From: Nemertoderma westbladi
Taxonomy: Eukaryota > Animalia > Xenacoelomorpha
Direction of reading: 5' to 3'
NCBI GenBank assembly: GCA_032718475.1
Contig: JAUCBJ010006502.1
Coordinates: forward strand, 1 to 45,464
Length of the DNA: 45,464 nucleotides
Below are positions 1-12,300 of this stretch, in pieces (position 1 is the stretch's first letter; each line of letters starts with the position of its first letter). The position numbers and the translations under genes were made by a program. The notes beneath the pieces are model-generated. The model ran no database searches. It worked only from the letters and a program-made list of their open reading frames with translations, and was not told the DNA's origin.

Positions 1-25
1 CAGCAACAATGACACCTTGACTCAC

Positions 26-135
26 ATACTGTTGCAATTAATTGTTATAATGGCCATTAATAAATAACCATTAAAGATGTTGAAGGGCGACACACGCTGG
101 TAAAGTTCAAATAGAAACCATAGAAAGATACGGAC
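26..135 (-). other. Candidate exon, possibly exon 2 of the 625-964 gene
   Basis: Minus strand has a strong acceptor (tttttcaacag|) at 136 and a donor (|gtgagt) at 25. Joined to the phase-1 exon 625-964 it gives GPYLSMVSI then stop. No homology recognised. Confidence 0.3.
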
Positions 136-149
136 CTGTTGAAAAATTA

Positions 150-215
150 AACTGGGACCGGGATTCGAACCAGGGACCTCTCACAAACCGTGTGATAGCT
201 CTTCCTCCATCTCCA
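150..215 (-). mobile_element. tRNA-derived SINE head or tRNA-like remnant
   Basis: Minus strand reads ggaagagctatcacacggtttgtgagaggtccctGGTTCGAATCCcggtcccag: perfect Pol III B box, anticodon-like hairpin tcac..gtga, degenerate A box, no complete acceptor stem. Confidence 0.55.
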
Positions 216-334
216 GACCAAATAGTTCAATAAGTTCATATCAATGGAGAACCCCAACTCATATTTAGCTTTGCATATCCCAGTAATAAATAACCAATTA
301 ATATACTTATAACCAATACTAATATACTTATAGA

Positions 335-588
335 CCAAGCTGCCCGGGTTCGATCCCTAGATGGGGCAGCACTGTTTGGGCACAGTGCTTTAAATGCTAC
401 AGCCTAGCCCAACGGGCTTTCATCCTTCAGTGGTCGATAAATGGGAACCAAGGCAACTTGGGAAACAGAGTGGAAGGGTTTCCTGTGGAAGATCACCCAT
501 GGTGGTGAACAGGCATTCCTTGGCTTAACGAGCCTAAAAGATTCTCCCATTCAATATGTGAGCGGTTGACACCAACTAACTCTGATTA
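335..588 (+). mobile_element. 5'-truncated tRNA-derived SINE with Deu/Nin-like core
   Basis: B box gggttcgatccc at 346-357, then ctttcatccttcagtggtcgataaatgggaacc (417-449), resembling the conserved Deu/Nin SINE core as I recall it. Right boundary approximate. Confidence 0.6.
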
Positions 589-624
589 CTCAAGTATAAT
601 TATAAATAGTAATAGAATACTGAC

Positions 625-964
625 CTGTGAATCGAACGTCGTCTAGATTTCTTCTCTCGAACAGATCGGAGAAGCTGCTTTTACTCTGTTTTAGGAGGAG
701 TTTCTTGTCGACGTCCGGGAAGGCGATCCGTTGCAGCGAGACGGCTGAGTTCCGACGCCCGCCGTTACCATACCCGCGAGTGTCCGCGGTAGCACGACCC
801 GAGGGCGACTCGGGGTAGCAGCTGTTCGACCCCTCCTGGGAACCCGGCAGTTCGAGGTAGTCGGGAGACAACCCCGTCACTAACTCCTCCGGAAGATCGG
901 AGAGTTCCCGAGGTTTCGGAGACGAGAAGATAAATGACCTCGCCGCGTAAGCCAAGTGCGCCAT
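625..964 (-). CDS. First coding exon of an unidentified gene (113 codons, Ser-rich)
   Basis: ATG at 964, GC-rich open frame in AT-rich flanks, ending at donor ACAG|gtcagt (624). No domain confidently recognised. Confidence 0.55.
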
Positions 965-1059
965 ACCCGGATTGATATATTGACTTTATTTTACAAAAAT
1001 ATGACAACGTGGGGGGTAGGGGGAATTATATTGATGGAAATCCCACCTGGGTGCAGATA

Positions 1060-1460
1060 GGGAGGACTTTAAACGCAATCAAAATTCGTCCCTCTCAAGG
1101 GGAAAAAATCGACGCAGATAACAGCTGATTACTCTCAAAAATAAAACTCTAATCTGTTCTAATGACTTTATTTTATTGATTTGCTTAGAATAATGTGCCA
1201 TGGTAACCTGCTCCTTTTCCTTAATTTATAAATTTGCATTGAGACCGAGACGAGATATTAATTCGCAGAGATGCGATTTGCGCCCAGTTATCTCTCTCTC
1301 TCTAATTGCAACTAATGGAAATAATAAGTTACAGGGGCAGGTTATTCCGACAATAACACTAAATGAGAGTCAATGGCACAGGTTACAGTTATATTTTACT
1401 CGTGGTCATCTGTTACTTGGAGGGTTTAATATTATTTTGATTGCGTCTATAGTCCCACCC
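1060..1460. mobile_element. MITE-like element
   Basis: Imperfect terminal inverted repeats gggaggactttaaacgcaatcaaaat / attttgattgcgtctatagtcccaccc; internal ttagaa..gtaacctg module; no TSD seen (right flank is a poly-C run). Confidence 0.55.
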
Positions 1461-2321
1461 CCCCCCCCCCCCCCCCCCCCTCTCCCCTCCCCCACTCTCT
1501 GCAAAACTAGTTATTATTTTTGCCAAAATTTTATGAAATTCTACACAATAAAAATGCAAGTCAAAAGATTTTGTAGTTACGATAAATAAATCCCGATCCC
1601 ATCCCAACATACATAATATGCCAAGGATACAGTGATACATTCCGGTACACATTTTGAACGTCATCATCTTTTCATATCGCTACTTAAACTTTATTGATCG
1701 ACCAAGATTGATTAATAATATTTATTTAATATTTTAGACAATTATAATAAAATATAATATCGGCTCGAACGATTACGGAGATGTTTTTGGGGGAGTTGAT
1801 TGAAGAGAGAAGAAAAAGTAAAAATATCGATAATTTTTCAAACAATAAACAAAAATAATTAACCATAAACAATTCTAAGAAAAATACATTTACAAACACC
1901 AAATAAGTTTCCTGATAAATTTTTCCTTATTACCCGCCCAAACAGTAGTTTTACCTTCTTGAATAAGCGGGAATAAGTATTATCAATAAACAAATAGTAA
2001 GGCTCAAAGTTATAATCTTACAATCATTCTATAATTGTCTTTGATAAATGCACTCAACAAATCGTAATTATATTATAACCCCTACCATTATATACCCAAG
2101 TCAAAAGTGTATAATATTTATAAAGTATCGTAGAGGGTGAGTTGAAAATGTATCAAAGGTCAAATATTGTGCCGACACATTTATTGTGACAAGGAGGAGG
2201 TCAAATTCCGGAAAAATTGCTCGAAAATCCTTTAAACTTTACCTCCAAATATACGTAACAAATTACAGAGAGCGTTTCACTCTATGGCGATCAGTCAGCG
2301 AAAATGTGAGGTGTATATAAT

Positions 2322-2445
2322 TATAAATTTGGTGCGCGTTATTTATTTTAGCTATAAATTTGGTGCGCGTTATTTATTTTAGCTATAAATTTGGTGCGCG
2401 TTATTTATTTTAGCTATAAATTTGGTGCGCGTTATTTATTTTAGC
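2322..2445. repeat. 31-bp tandem repeat, 4 copies
   Basis: Unit tataaatttggtgcgcgttatttattttagc repeated four times exactly. Confidence 0.95.
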
Positions 2446-2809
2446 CCATAAGTAAATACTTAATAGGCTATTTAGTTATTTAGGCAACGGATGATGTTCG
2501 CTGGTTATTCACAGAGATAGGTTTTCACAAGTAAACTTATATTCCAATCATAATGTATAATGTGCATAATTTATTTATTATGTTCAGCACCAGTACCATT
2601 TTATATACTAGTTTTATTCGTCAATCCTTTTAATAAGAATATAGCAGCCGGCGACGTGAGATCCGAACGACGAAATGTAATAGATGTTGGAAGACATCAT
2701 AAACGAGGTGTATTGAGAGAGATGGAGGAAGTATAAAATAAATGCTTGTGTTACATTGAAACAAAGGTAGAACTATGTGGTTGTAACATCATCGTAAAAA
2801 AACGGCGCA

Positions 2810-3985
2810 TTATATGCTTGTTACATTTTAATAAAAGGTGGAAATATATGTTTGTGACAATGTAAAAAAAGGTGGAATTACAGAATTGTTACATTTTAAT
2901 AAAAGGAGAAAATATATGTTTGTTACAATGTAACAAAAGGTGGAATTACATATTGTTACATTTTAATAAAAGGAGAAAATATATGTTTGTGACAATGTAA
3001 CAAAAGGAGGAATTACATAATTGTTACATTTTAATAAAAGGTGGAAATATATGTTTGTGACAATGTAACAAAAGGTGAATTACATAATTGTTACATTTTA
3101 ATAAAAGGAGAAAATATATGTTTGTGACAATGTAACAAAAGGTGGAGTTAGATAATTGTAACATTTTAGTAAAAGGTGGAAATATATGTTTGTGAAAATG
3201 TAACAAAAGGTGGAATTACAAAATTGTTACATTTTAATAAAAGGAGAAAATATATGTTTGTTACAATGTAACAAAAGGTGGAATTACATAATTGTTACAT
3301 TTTAATAAAAGGAGAAAATATATGTTTGTGACAATGTAACAAAAGGAGGAATTACATAATTGTTACATTTTAATAAAAGGTGGAAATATATGTTTGTGAC
3401 AATGTAACAAAAGGTGGAATGACATAATTGTTACATTTTAATAAAAGGTGGAAATATATGTTTGTGACAATGTAACAAAAGGTGGAATTAGATAATTGTA
3501 ACATTTTAATAAAAGGAGAAAATATATGTTTGTGACAATGTAACAAAAGGTGGAATTATAAAATTGTTACATTTTAATAAAAGGAGAAAATATATGTTTG
3601 TGACAATGTAACAAAAGGTGAAATTACATAATTGTTACATTTTAATAAAAGGAGAAAATATATGTTTGTGACAATGTAACAAAAGGTGGAATTAGATAAT
3701 TGTAACATTTTAATAAAAGGAGAAAATATATGTTTGTGACAATGTAACAAAAGGTGGAATTATAAAATTGTTACATTTTAATAAAAGGTGGAAATATATG
3801 TTTGTGACAATGTAACAAAAGGAGGAATTACATAATTGTTACATTTTAATAAAAGGAGAAAATATATGTTTGTGACAATGTAACAAAAGGTGGAATTATA
3901 AAATTGTTACATTTTATTAAAAGGAGAAAATATATGTTTGTGACAATGTAACAAAAGGTGAAATTACATAATTGTTACATTTTTA
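2810..3985. repeat. 68-bp minisatellite (dimer of about 34-bp subunits), about 17 copies
   Basis: Unit ttacattttaataaaaggagaaaatatatgtttgtgacaatgtaacaaaaggtggaattacataattg; period 2821 to 2889. Confidence 0.93.
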
Positions 3986-4013
3986 AAAAATTGATACATT
4001 GTAACAAAATGAG

Positions 4014-4274
4014 TAGGGCACAGAAACTGACGGACTCTTCACAAATTTCTAAAACGTCTCAAACGTCGGGAGTTTTTTCTTATGTAATATATTTATTGCC
4101 TCACAAATTCTGCAAATAATATCATTAAATACATCAAAGTTTAATTTGTTTCCACGGTAAGTTTTTTTCGAGACAACTATTTATTAAATTGTTGCGTGGC
4201 CTTTGATTTTATTACATAAAAACAATTCCCGACGTTTGCGAAATTCGCGAAGAATCCGACAATTTCTGTGCCTA
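4014..4274. mobile_element. MITE between two minisatellites
   Basis: Left end tagggcacagaaactgacggactcttcac..caaacgtcggga matches the reverse complement of right end tcccgacgtttg..gaagaatccgacaatttctgtgccta. Confidence 0.7.
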
Positions 4275-5135
4275 TATACTATTTAAATTGAAACAAAAGG
4301 TGGAATTATAATGCTTGTTATATTGTAACAAAAGGTGGAATTATATACTATTTAAATTGAAACAAAAGGTGGAATTATAATGCTTGTTATATTGTAGCAA
4401 AAGGTGGAATTCTATGCTATTTAAATTGAAACAAAAGGTGGAATTATAATGCTTGTTATATTGTAACAAAAGGTGGAATTCTATGCTATTTAAATTGAAA
4501 CAAAAGGTGGAATTATAATGCTTGTTATATTGTAACAAAAGGTGGAATTCTATGCTATTAAATTGAAACAAAAGGTGGAATTATAATGCTTGTTATATTG
4601 TAACAAAAGGTGGAATTATATACTATTTAAATTGAAACAAAAGGTGGAATTATAATGCTTGTTATATTGTAGCAAAAGGTGGAATTCTATGCTATTTAAA
4701 TTGAAACAAAAGGTGGAATTATAATGCTTGTTATATTGTAACAAAAGGTGGAATTCTATGCTATTTAAATTGAAACAAAAGGTGGAATTATAATGCTTGT
4801 TATATTGTAACAAAAGGTGGAATTCTATGCTATTAAATTGAAACAAAAGGTGGAATTATAATGCTTGTTATATTGTAACAAAAGGTGGAATTATATACTA
4901 TTTAAATTGAAACAAAAGGTGGAATTATAATGCTTGTTATATTGTAGCAAAAGGTGGAATTCTATGCTATTTAAATTGAAACAAAAGGTGGAATTATAAT
5001 GCTTGTTATATTGTAACAAAGGGTGGAATTCTATGCTATTTAAATTGAAACAAAAGGTGCAATTATAATGCTTGTTATATTGTAACAAAAGGTGGAATTC
5101 TATGCTATTAAATTGAAACAAAAGGTGAAATTATA
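4275..5135. repeat. 69-bp minisatellite with 275-bp higher-order repeat (3 copies)
   Basis: Unit tatttaaattgaaacaaaaggtggaattataatgcttgttatattgtaacaaaaggtggaattctatgc; near-identical artefact ORFs at 4341, 4616 and 4891 are spaced 275 bp. Confidence 0.93.
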
Positions 5136-5368
5136 TGTTTCTTTTAAGAAAAGGTGGAATTATTTGTTTACTAGTTACACTGTAACAAAAGGAAAAATGT
5201 TTACCAAGCTTTTTGAATATAAAGCTAGTTAGTTAATTATTAATAAAAGTTGTAACTATATACTTGCAACAAAGGGTGGGATTATTTGTTTGCCACTGCT
5301 TAATGTTAATGTTATAAATGTATCATCAATGATAGTTGACTACTGTACCTTCTAATCTCGTCACTAAC

Positions 5369-5578
5369 CTTCTTTAGAATGCCTTCTAGACTCGCCTCGC
5401 TACTCGCTTTAGCTGCCACTTCCTGTATTTGCTCGGTAAACTCGAAGGCCTCCAGTTCGATTAATTTCCCCAGCGTCAAGGGTTCTTCCTCTGTGAATTT
5501 GTATTTAAGAATTCTCTCAACTTCATCCCAATGCCGTGGTTTTAGAGTGGGGTTCCGTAAGTCGGTTACCACTGCCAT
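5369..5578 (-). CDS. DNAH6: Axonemal dynein heavy chain exon (tail/linker region)
   Basis: 210 bp, ag|..|gttagt, phase 0; MAVVTDLRNPTLKPRHW..ASSEASLEGILKK matches the DNAH6-type DLRNPTLKxRHW..LEAILKK segment. Confidence 0.88.
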
Positions 5579-5688
5579 CTAGTAGGTAACAGTTCAGTAT
5601 CAGTTTGAATTTGGTTTAAAAAGTTTCCGTAAAAAATATTCCCTTTACATTTATAAATAATAAACTTATATTAATATTAATAACTAAC

Positions 5689-5832
5689 CTTTTCCTTCAT
5701 AGACTCGACTTTATTTTTTAGATGCGGTACAACGTCGTTAGGCGGCAGACCTTTCTCCAACTGATGAACGTATTTGCCATATTTAGCCACAGTGGCTTGG
5801 CAAACTTCAGGTTCAATTTCACTAAATGGAGC
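5689..5832 (-). CDS. DNAH6: Axonemal dynein heavy chain exon
   Basis: 144 bp, tag|..|gttagt; APFSEIEPEVCQATVAKYGKYVHQLEKGLPPNDVVPHLKNKVESMKEK, with the QLEKGLPPN motif of DNAH6; in phase with neighbours. Confidence 0.88.
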
Positions 5833-5972
5833 CTAACATAACAGAAATAACGTAACGTTAAATTTACATTAAAATTACAATACAAGTTCGGGCTCACTTT
5901 CACAATTTTATTTATGATTATATTCGTACAGCTCTTATGTAATGACATACCGATACAATTTTATAGACTTAC

Positions 5973-6086
5973 ATCTGACCATTCTTGGTAAATTACGTCC
6001 CAGTCTTTCAGAGAGTCCCAAAGAAGTTGTTTCAGTTTAAGTTCAGCCAAGACTTCCTCCAATTCCTCATATCGCGTAATTTCAAC
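5973..6086 (-). CDS. DNAH6: Axonemal dynein heavy chain exon
   Basis: 114 bp, aag|..|gtaagt; VEITRYEELEEVLAELKLKQLLWDSLKDWDVIYQEWSD. Confidence 0.88.
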
Positions 6087-6238
6087 CTTAAAAATTATTC
6101 AGGAAACATTAAATTATATATTTAAGGAAGACAAACAACTGTATTGTATAAATAAAATACATTTTAATTTGAAAAAAAAGATAAATTTTCGGGCCTGAGA
6201 TTCTCGGCACTACCGTCGTAATATAATCTAAGCCACCG

Positions 6239-7385
6239 TGTAAAAGCTTTTGCGGATGTAGCAAGCTATTTTTCTCCGCAATATACCGAGTAGGTATTTT
6301 AGCGGACATAACAAGCGATTTTGCCCGCTATGTCTGCATGTGTGCTTTAGCGGACATAAAAAGCCATTTTTCTCCGCAATAAGCTCAAATACTCTAAACA
6401 TCGGAACTCAGATGACGACATCTATCAGCTGTGTCCACGTGTAACTTTTTCTTTGTTCTTTGTTCGTTCTTTGTTCGGTCGACCAATCAGAGCGGTTTTC
6501 ACTCTGTGTTGGACATTGTATACAGAAACTCACGCAATTCAGTCAGTGTGTATTTTCCTAAGCCCAGAACACCGGCTTTGGAATGATTCTATGTTTCAGG
6601 CTTTAGCCAAACATTAGTAGGCTTTGATCATAGAAACGTATAACTGTTATCAAACCACCGCAACAAACTGGCAAATCAGCCTGTCATATCTCATCCAAAC
6701 ACCGCATTATTTTACTGCTATTTACTGTCGGTTATTAATTATATCAGTTTGATGGAATATTGTTATATTTGGATAATATCGATAAATAATCAGAAAACCC
6801 CAATCTTCTTGATATACTGAAGGTTAGAGAGACCGGTTACATATAACAATTGCGACTTACATTAAAGTGGTTTTGGAGTGAATCTAATGCTATTTCATAG
6901 GCACTACATGTGTCGGTTGCTGTTCTCTTTATATGTGACTAAAATTAGTGAAGGTCGGCAGATCGGTGTGCAGCATTGTGCGGTAGTGTGCATGATTGTG
7001 ACGGATAACAAAGCATCTCCTAAAGAATGCGCTTTATACGTGAATCAATAGCCATCCCGTTGTGTTTAGTGTAAGTCATAACTCTGTTTACATACTTAGA
7101 GCGCCACGTCCTAAAGGAACTGTTGATATTTCCCGAAAGTGAATAATATTTGTCAGAAATTATATATTAACGATCAGTCGAATAATACAGTAGGCCTACA
7201 CCGCAATAAGGTCAGAGCTTCTGAATCCAGTCTCCCGGGTATATCCAGCGGGTGAATGGTCGCGCATAGACTGGCTTCGGCTAATGTAGTGTATCAAATA
7301 CTCATTATAGGCTAAAGTCGATTTATAATCTAGAAGACATCTAAATTTGGCAGGTTAAACTGCTAAAGGTCTGAAAGCGCGAACA
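6239..7385 (+). repeat. 5' LTR (1147 bp)
   Basis: tgtaaaagct..gcgcgaaca; by eye about 6 substitutions and two 1-bp indels versus the 3' LTR. Confidence 0.96.
6481..6548 (+). promoter_or_regulatory. Probable LTR Pol II promoter (CCAAT, TATA-like, Inr-like)
   Basis: gaccaatcag at 6481; tgtatacagaaa near 6517 (tatatacag in the 3' LTR); ttcagtcagt about 25 bp further. Motif inference only. Confidence 0.45.
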
Positions 7386-9365
7386 ATAACAGTTATTGAA
7401 ATTCTGATTGCAGTGTAGGCAATAAATACAGTTTACTATTGTTCTGGTAAGAACAATAACAGTTATAGGATCTTTATTGCGTCGTAGGCAATAAAGACTA
7501 AAGTACCGGTCGACCAGTAACTAGTAGGCCTAACTACCTAACCACCCGAACCGGTACTTACAGCAGTACAGGTACACCAGTATTATTTCGATTGTGATAT
7601 ATTGTATATTGTAGGCTGTTAGGGGATTAGGGATTGATCACCCCTTATTCCTTTGTATGGTTTACTTATTTCTGTCAGTTTTATTTATTTGTAGGTTAAT
7701 ATTGAGCAGAAGGCGTATAAGCCTGCTCAGATTGTACAGGTAATTTGTAGGCTGGACTGTTGTCTGACTGTTGTTAAGTCTGTAGAGATTGCAGTGTGTG
7801 TAGAGTGTATGTCCGATAAAGTACTAGTTAGGAACGTAGGGGCTCCAGTGCTGTGAGGTAAATCCCCCCGAAAGAATAAGTCGTACTACTCGGTAAAAAG
7901 GCATACTAACTAACCATTTCGGAGTCTGCATATACTGTAGTTTATTTAGGCTTGATAGTAGTCTGCCAGCGTTTGGTCTGTATTTTGGTTTGTGTAGTCT
8001 GTAAGGGTAGCGTAATATTTATTATTCAGAGTTTATGCGATTATTCGCAACATTCATACCTCCAAGTTTATTCCTACATTAATTGTGCTTGTTATACATA
8101 CCGCTATAGTTAAATTAACCTCGGTACTACATCAGGGCTGTTTGGCGTAGGTAAAGACTGGAGATTTTATGCTTTGGTCACTCCGGCAGATACCGTGGTT
8201 CCTTTAGCTGTACAAGTATTTCTAACTGCTGGTTATTTGTTGTATAAGTACTTGTACCTAATTTAGGGTTTAGTGTACAGTGCTTTCCGAAGGTAATTAG
8301 TGTGTAGGCAGTATATTTGTGTTGTAAAGTGGTTAATAGGCAAGTTGGCTCTGGTAGGCCGCGGTAATTAACTTCTAGGTAGGAACACTCCGTGATACAT
8401 AACGTAGTACTTATAGCGATACGGCTATAAGTCGTCAGACGGTGGTATTTTTCCTATCTGGACAACGCAGTATATTTACTACTACTTTGTTATTTTCAAA
8501 TACCGTAGAATCCTGTCTGTTTGTAATAACCAGATATTCTAACCCTTTGTTAGGCTGGTTTGTAGACTTCTTGTAAAATTACCCTAAAAATTCGTACGTG
8601 TAATTTTTGTGTTTATTTAGAGATTGTAATCTTACCCCGAATTGTACGTAATTTGTAGTATTAAGTAACTTAGGTAAATTAGAATTATTTGTTTTAGTGT
8701 CCAACAAGTAGCACTTCACTGAGAGCGTACAGCTTCTGTGCGGTGACTCTTTCCCAGAAATAATAACATTTATTTCAAATATTGACAAAATCCATTATAC
8801 GGGTATATATATATTATAAATCAACTCAAACCGATTTATAAAATAGTAGGCCTGTTATACAACAATTAGGTCTTAATATCAGTTGGACTACTGCTTAAAT
8901 AATGGTAATCAAGTAAAGTAAAGTAAACAAGTAACCCCTAAAATTCAGAAATTCAATTATTCTAAAATAATTGACATACCGGTATTTACAATAGACTTAT
9001 TATATTTATTTCTATAAATTTAGGCTGAAATTATACCGGTATTCTGTAATTAATTCTAGTCTGTAATAATTATACTTATATATACTATAAGTGTAAGCTG
9101 TATACCGGTATTCACAATAGGCCTATTATATATTTATATATATTTGCGCTGAAATTATATACCAGTATTCTGTGACAAACCTAGTCTGTAATAATACTTA
9201 TATATATACTATAAGCATACCGGTATTCTAATATATTATATATATATATCACGTTACACTGAGTAACAGTATCGGTAATTAATTACTAGGCTAACAGTTG
9301 ATACTGAATTACTAGACTTGCTTTAACTGTAATATAGCAGTAGGCATTCAACTGTACAAACAAAT

Positions 9366-12300
9366 ATGTCTGACACAAAGCAAAACCTGTCAGACAGTCT
9401 CCTAGATACAACCATCTGTGACCCAGACAGGAGTGTGGAATGTGTGAGACCGAAGTTCAATTCACCTCCTACTGTAAGAAAGATCATCCCTCCAGTAGTA
9501 GTATCAGACCCTAGGCTAGTCCAACACCGTAGGTCTATCATAGGCACTCGAGCTCAGGTCAAGCGGGACCAAGAAGCAGCAGAACAGCAGCAACACTCGA
9601 GCCGAGAACTTATTTCTCAGCGGCCTGACAGCTCCAGTAGTGCGGATACTGTAGAGCTGATACCCGAGCACGGAGCAAAGATGGCAGATGCGGTTTATTC
9701 GGATCCCCTTCTCATCCTTCCTGCAGCTGTACTCACTAGGGTATTGATTGCGGTGGAGGAACACCAGATTGATTGGGCGAGAAGTAAGCGATCGACCAAG
9801 GATAGTTATGCGGGATACACAAGGGAAGAACTGAAGTCTATTGTCGAGTCGCAATGGAACTTCCCCGGACCCGGAATCCCGTTTGACTTATCGGAAGCTG
9901 CCTGGGAAGACATACACAGGATGTGAGTGACAAAAGAAACCAGCGATCCAGCTGTGTGGAAGAGGTCAGCAGCAGGATACGTACAGGGATTCTTCAGCTC
10001 TATGGAGCGATTAGAGGAACAACTGTTTAGACAACCCCAAGGACCTCAAGAGCAGGGAGAGCTGCTTTATCAAGTTAGAGAAAGAATTCTAAGAATCAGA
10101 CTAATCTTATCGGCCTTTGAGGAGGCTTCGAAAAGAAGACAAGACACGTCGTTGCAAGTTGCCGTAAAGACTTGGTTTCAGCGGGTGAGTCTTCAAGTTC
10201 AAGGAACTGCCCAGTGGAAATCTCAGCTGGCTGAGCGCTCAACCCATGGAGAATCAACAGACGCTACCTTTTCCCAAGTGGAAAGTGAAGTGACAGCAGA
10301 AAAACCGCATAAGAGGGATGCTATTGACATCTATCTGTCAGACTATCAACGATTTCTAGGTGACGAAGAGTTGAGGAGACGGTTGTCTGGACTTCGCCCT
10401 AATAGTGAAGGAACCAAGCTTGTGTTGGACGCAATCGATGCGGAAATGATAGCTGCGAACCAAGCTAAATTTGATGAAAGACTCCGCATCGCTAGGGTCC
10501 AAGAAGAACAAGTCAAGAAAAAACGTATAGAAGACAGAAAGACAGCAGCAGCGGCAGTGGCAGCGGCAGAAGCAGAAAGAAAAGTGGCAGAAGTGGAAAG
10601 AAAAGCGGCAGAGGCAGCGGCAGAGGCAAAAGCGGCAGCTGCAGAAGTAGAAGCGGAAAGAACAGCGGCAGCGGCAGAAGCGGAAAGAAAAGTGGCAGAA
10701 GCGGAAAGAAAGCGAGCAGTGGCAGAAGCAGAACGAAGAGCATCTGAAGAGACCACCCAACTAGAGTTGGAAAATATTCAAGAGAATCAAGACTGCATAA
10801 ATAAACAGTTAACAGCTAGTCATATGCAGATGATGAATCGATCTACTCCCAAAAGACAGGGATATACATCATCTGATGAAGGCGATACCACCGATCCTGA
10901 AGGCGGAGGAAATAGATCTCGTCTAAGCAGACGTAGAAGAATGTCCCACCGTCAGAAATTGCCTGATTTGCCCCCAGCTGTTAGAAGGCAACTAACTAAC
11001 ACAGACTTAGGTAGTACAGAACCCACAGACCAAATAATTAAAAAAGAAAGACTCCCTACTATAGTAGATGAGCCTGAAATAATTAGGCCTGTTCTCGAAG
11101 CCACCCCTTCGGTGATAGAGACACCTGTACTCCCAGAACCTACCTCTAAATTCCCTTTGCACAGCACTAAACTACCTGTGCCCCACAGAACAACCCCTGA
11201 GACAGTTCCTGTCCTGGACTCCGAGCGAAATATCAATGATTTGTCGCCCGTTGTCCCTCGTCTGCCTGCTACTATGTTGGCGGCTCCCGCTTCGGCGGTC
11301 GAGTGGGTGAATGAGGGGCGGCGGGGGATGAATCTCCTGCTCGGGCAGATGCAGGAGACTGTTCATCAGTTTAAAGGAACAGTAAGGGAAAGTAGGTTAG
11401 AGTTGCAAGAAGTGCAGCAGAGTATCGCGTTAGAACACGATAAATTAGTAAATACACAAAAGGGTATACCACCAACCCCTGTAACAATGTGTCAACCTGT
11501 TAGGTCTGAAGTATTTCATGCGCAAGGTGTGGAGCCTACACGCATCTATACTGCTAGTGAAGTAGAAACTCCTATAGTAAACCCTATTAAGGGTAATTAT
11601 AAACCTGTTGACAATGATATTCCATATAGACTTGATAATAATCCGAGAAATTTATATACCGATAACTCGATATTAAATAACACAATGGCCCAAGAAAGTT
11701 TTACGCGTCAAATGGCTAGAACCGAAGCCCGTCAAGCGGTAAAGGTGGGAGAGATCGTCAAGTTCAATGGAGATGAGATGAAATGGTTACCTTTTAATGA
11801 ATATTATAAAGATAACATACAGAACTCTGTGCTATCTAACGGAGAGAAACTGAGATTCCTCATCGAGTGCTTGGAAGGATCTCCCAAGTTAATGGCGTTA
11901 AAGTTTATTGGACATCCAGATGGATTAAGACAAGTTTGGGATACACTAAACACCAGGTATGGTAATAGGAATAACATAGCTAGGTATTTGTATGCAAAAT
12001 TGGTAGCGCCCCGAAAGTTCATTAGCAGCGGGATTATAGAGTTTTCCGATGAGATTCAGGAGATCTGTAGACAATTAGATTGGCTAGGTAAGTCTCATGA
12101 ATATCAGAGTTCTATGGTTATTGGAGCCGTGGCCTCTACTTTACCTAAGGGTGGAGTAGGTACACGCTGGGATAAGAAAGTGTTATATATGATGGAACAA
12201 CAACGACGAGACCCTACCATGGCTGATCTCATGTCATTCTTAGATGGAGAAGTGAAATTACAGCTCCTAAAGCAGTCCAGAGAGAAGACACCGGAAAACA

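Noticed and set aside
150-215. Functional tRNA gene
   Set aside because: D arm and acceptor stem cannot be completed; treated as a SINE head.
880-910. F-box call for LSDLPEELV
   Set aside because: The rest of the F-box pattern (hydrophobic helix, VCKxW) is absent.
1200-1667. Pro-rich and Gly-rich ORFs
   Set aside because: Produced by the poly-C tract (about 1454-1495) and a MITE.
4341-5121. Three near-identical 76-aa ORFs
   Set aside because: Translations of the 69-bp/275-bp satellite.
9924-9926. Programmed TGA readthrough in gag
   Set aside because: Not at a gag-pol boundary, no readthrough context, and the element has other lesions; a CGA-to-TGA change is simpler.
10346-10760. Antisense Ala/Cys/Leu-rich ORFs
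   Set aside because: Shadows of the repetitive gag coiled-coil region.
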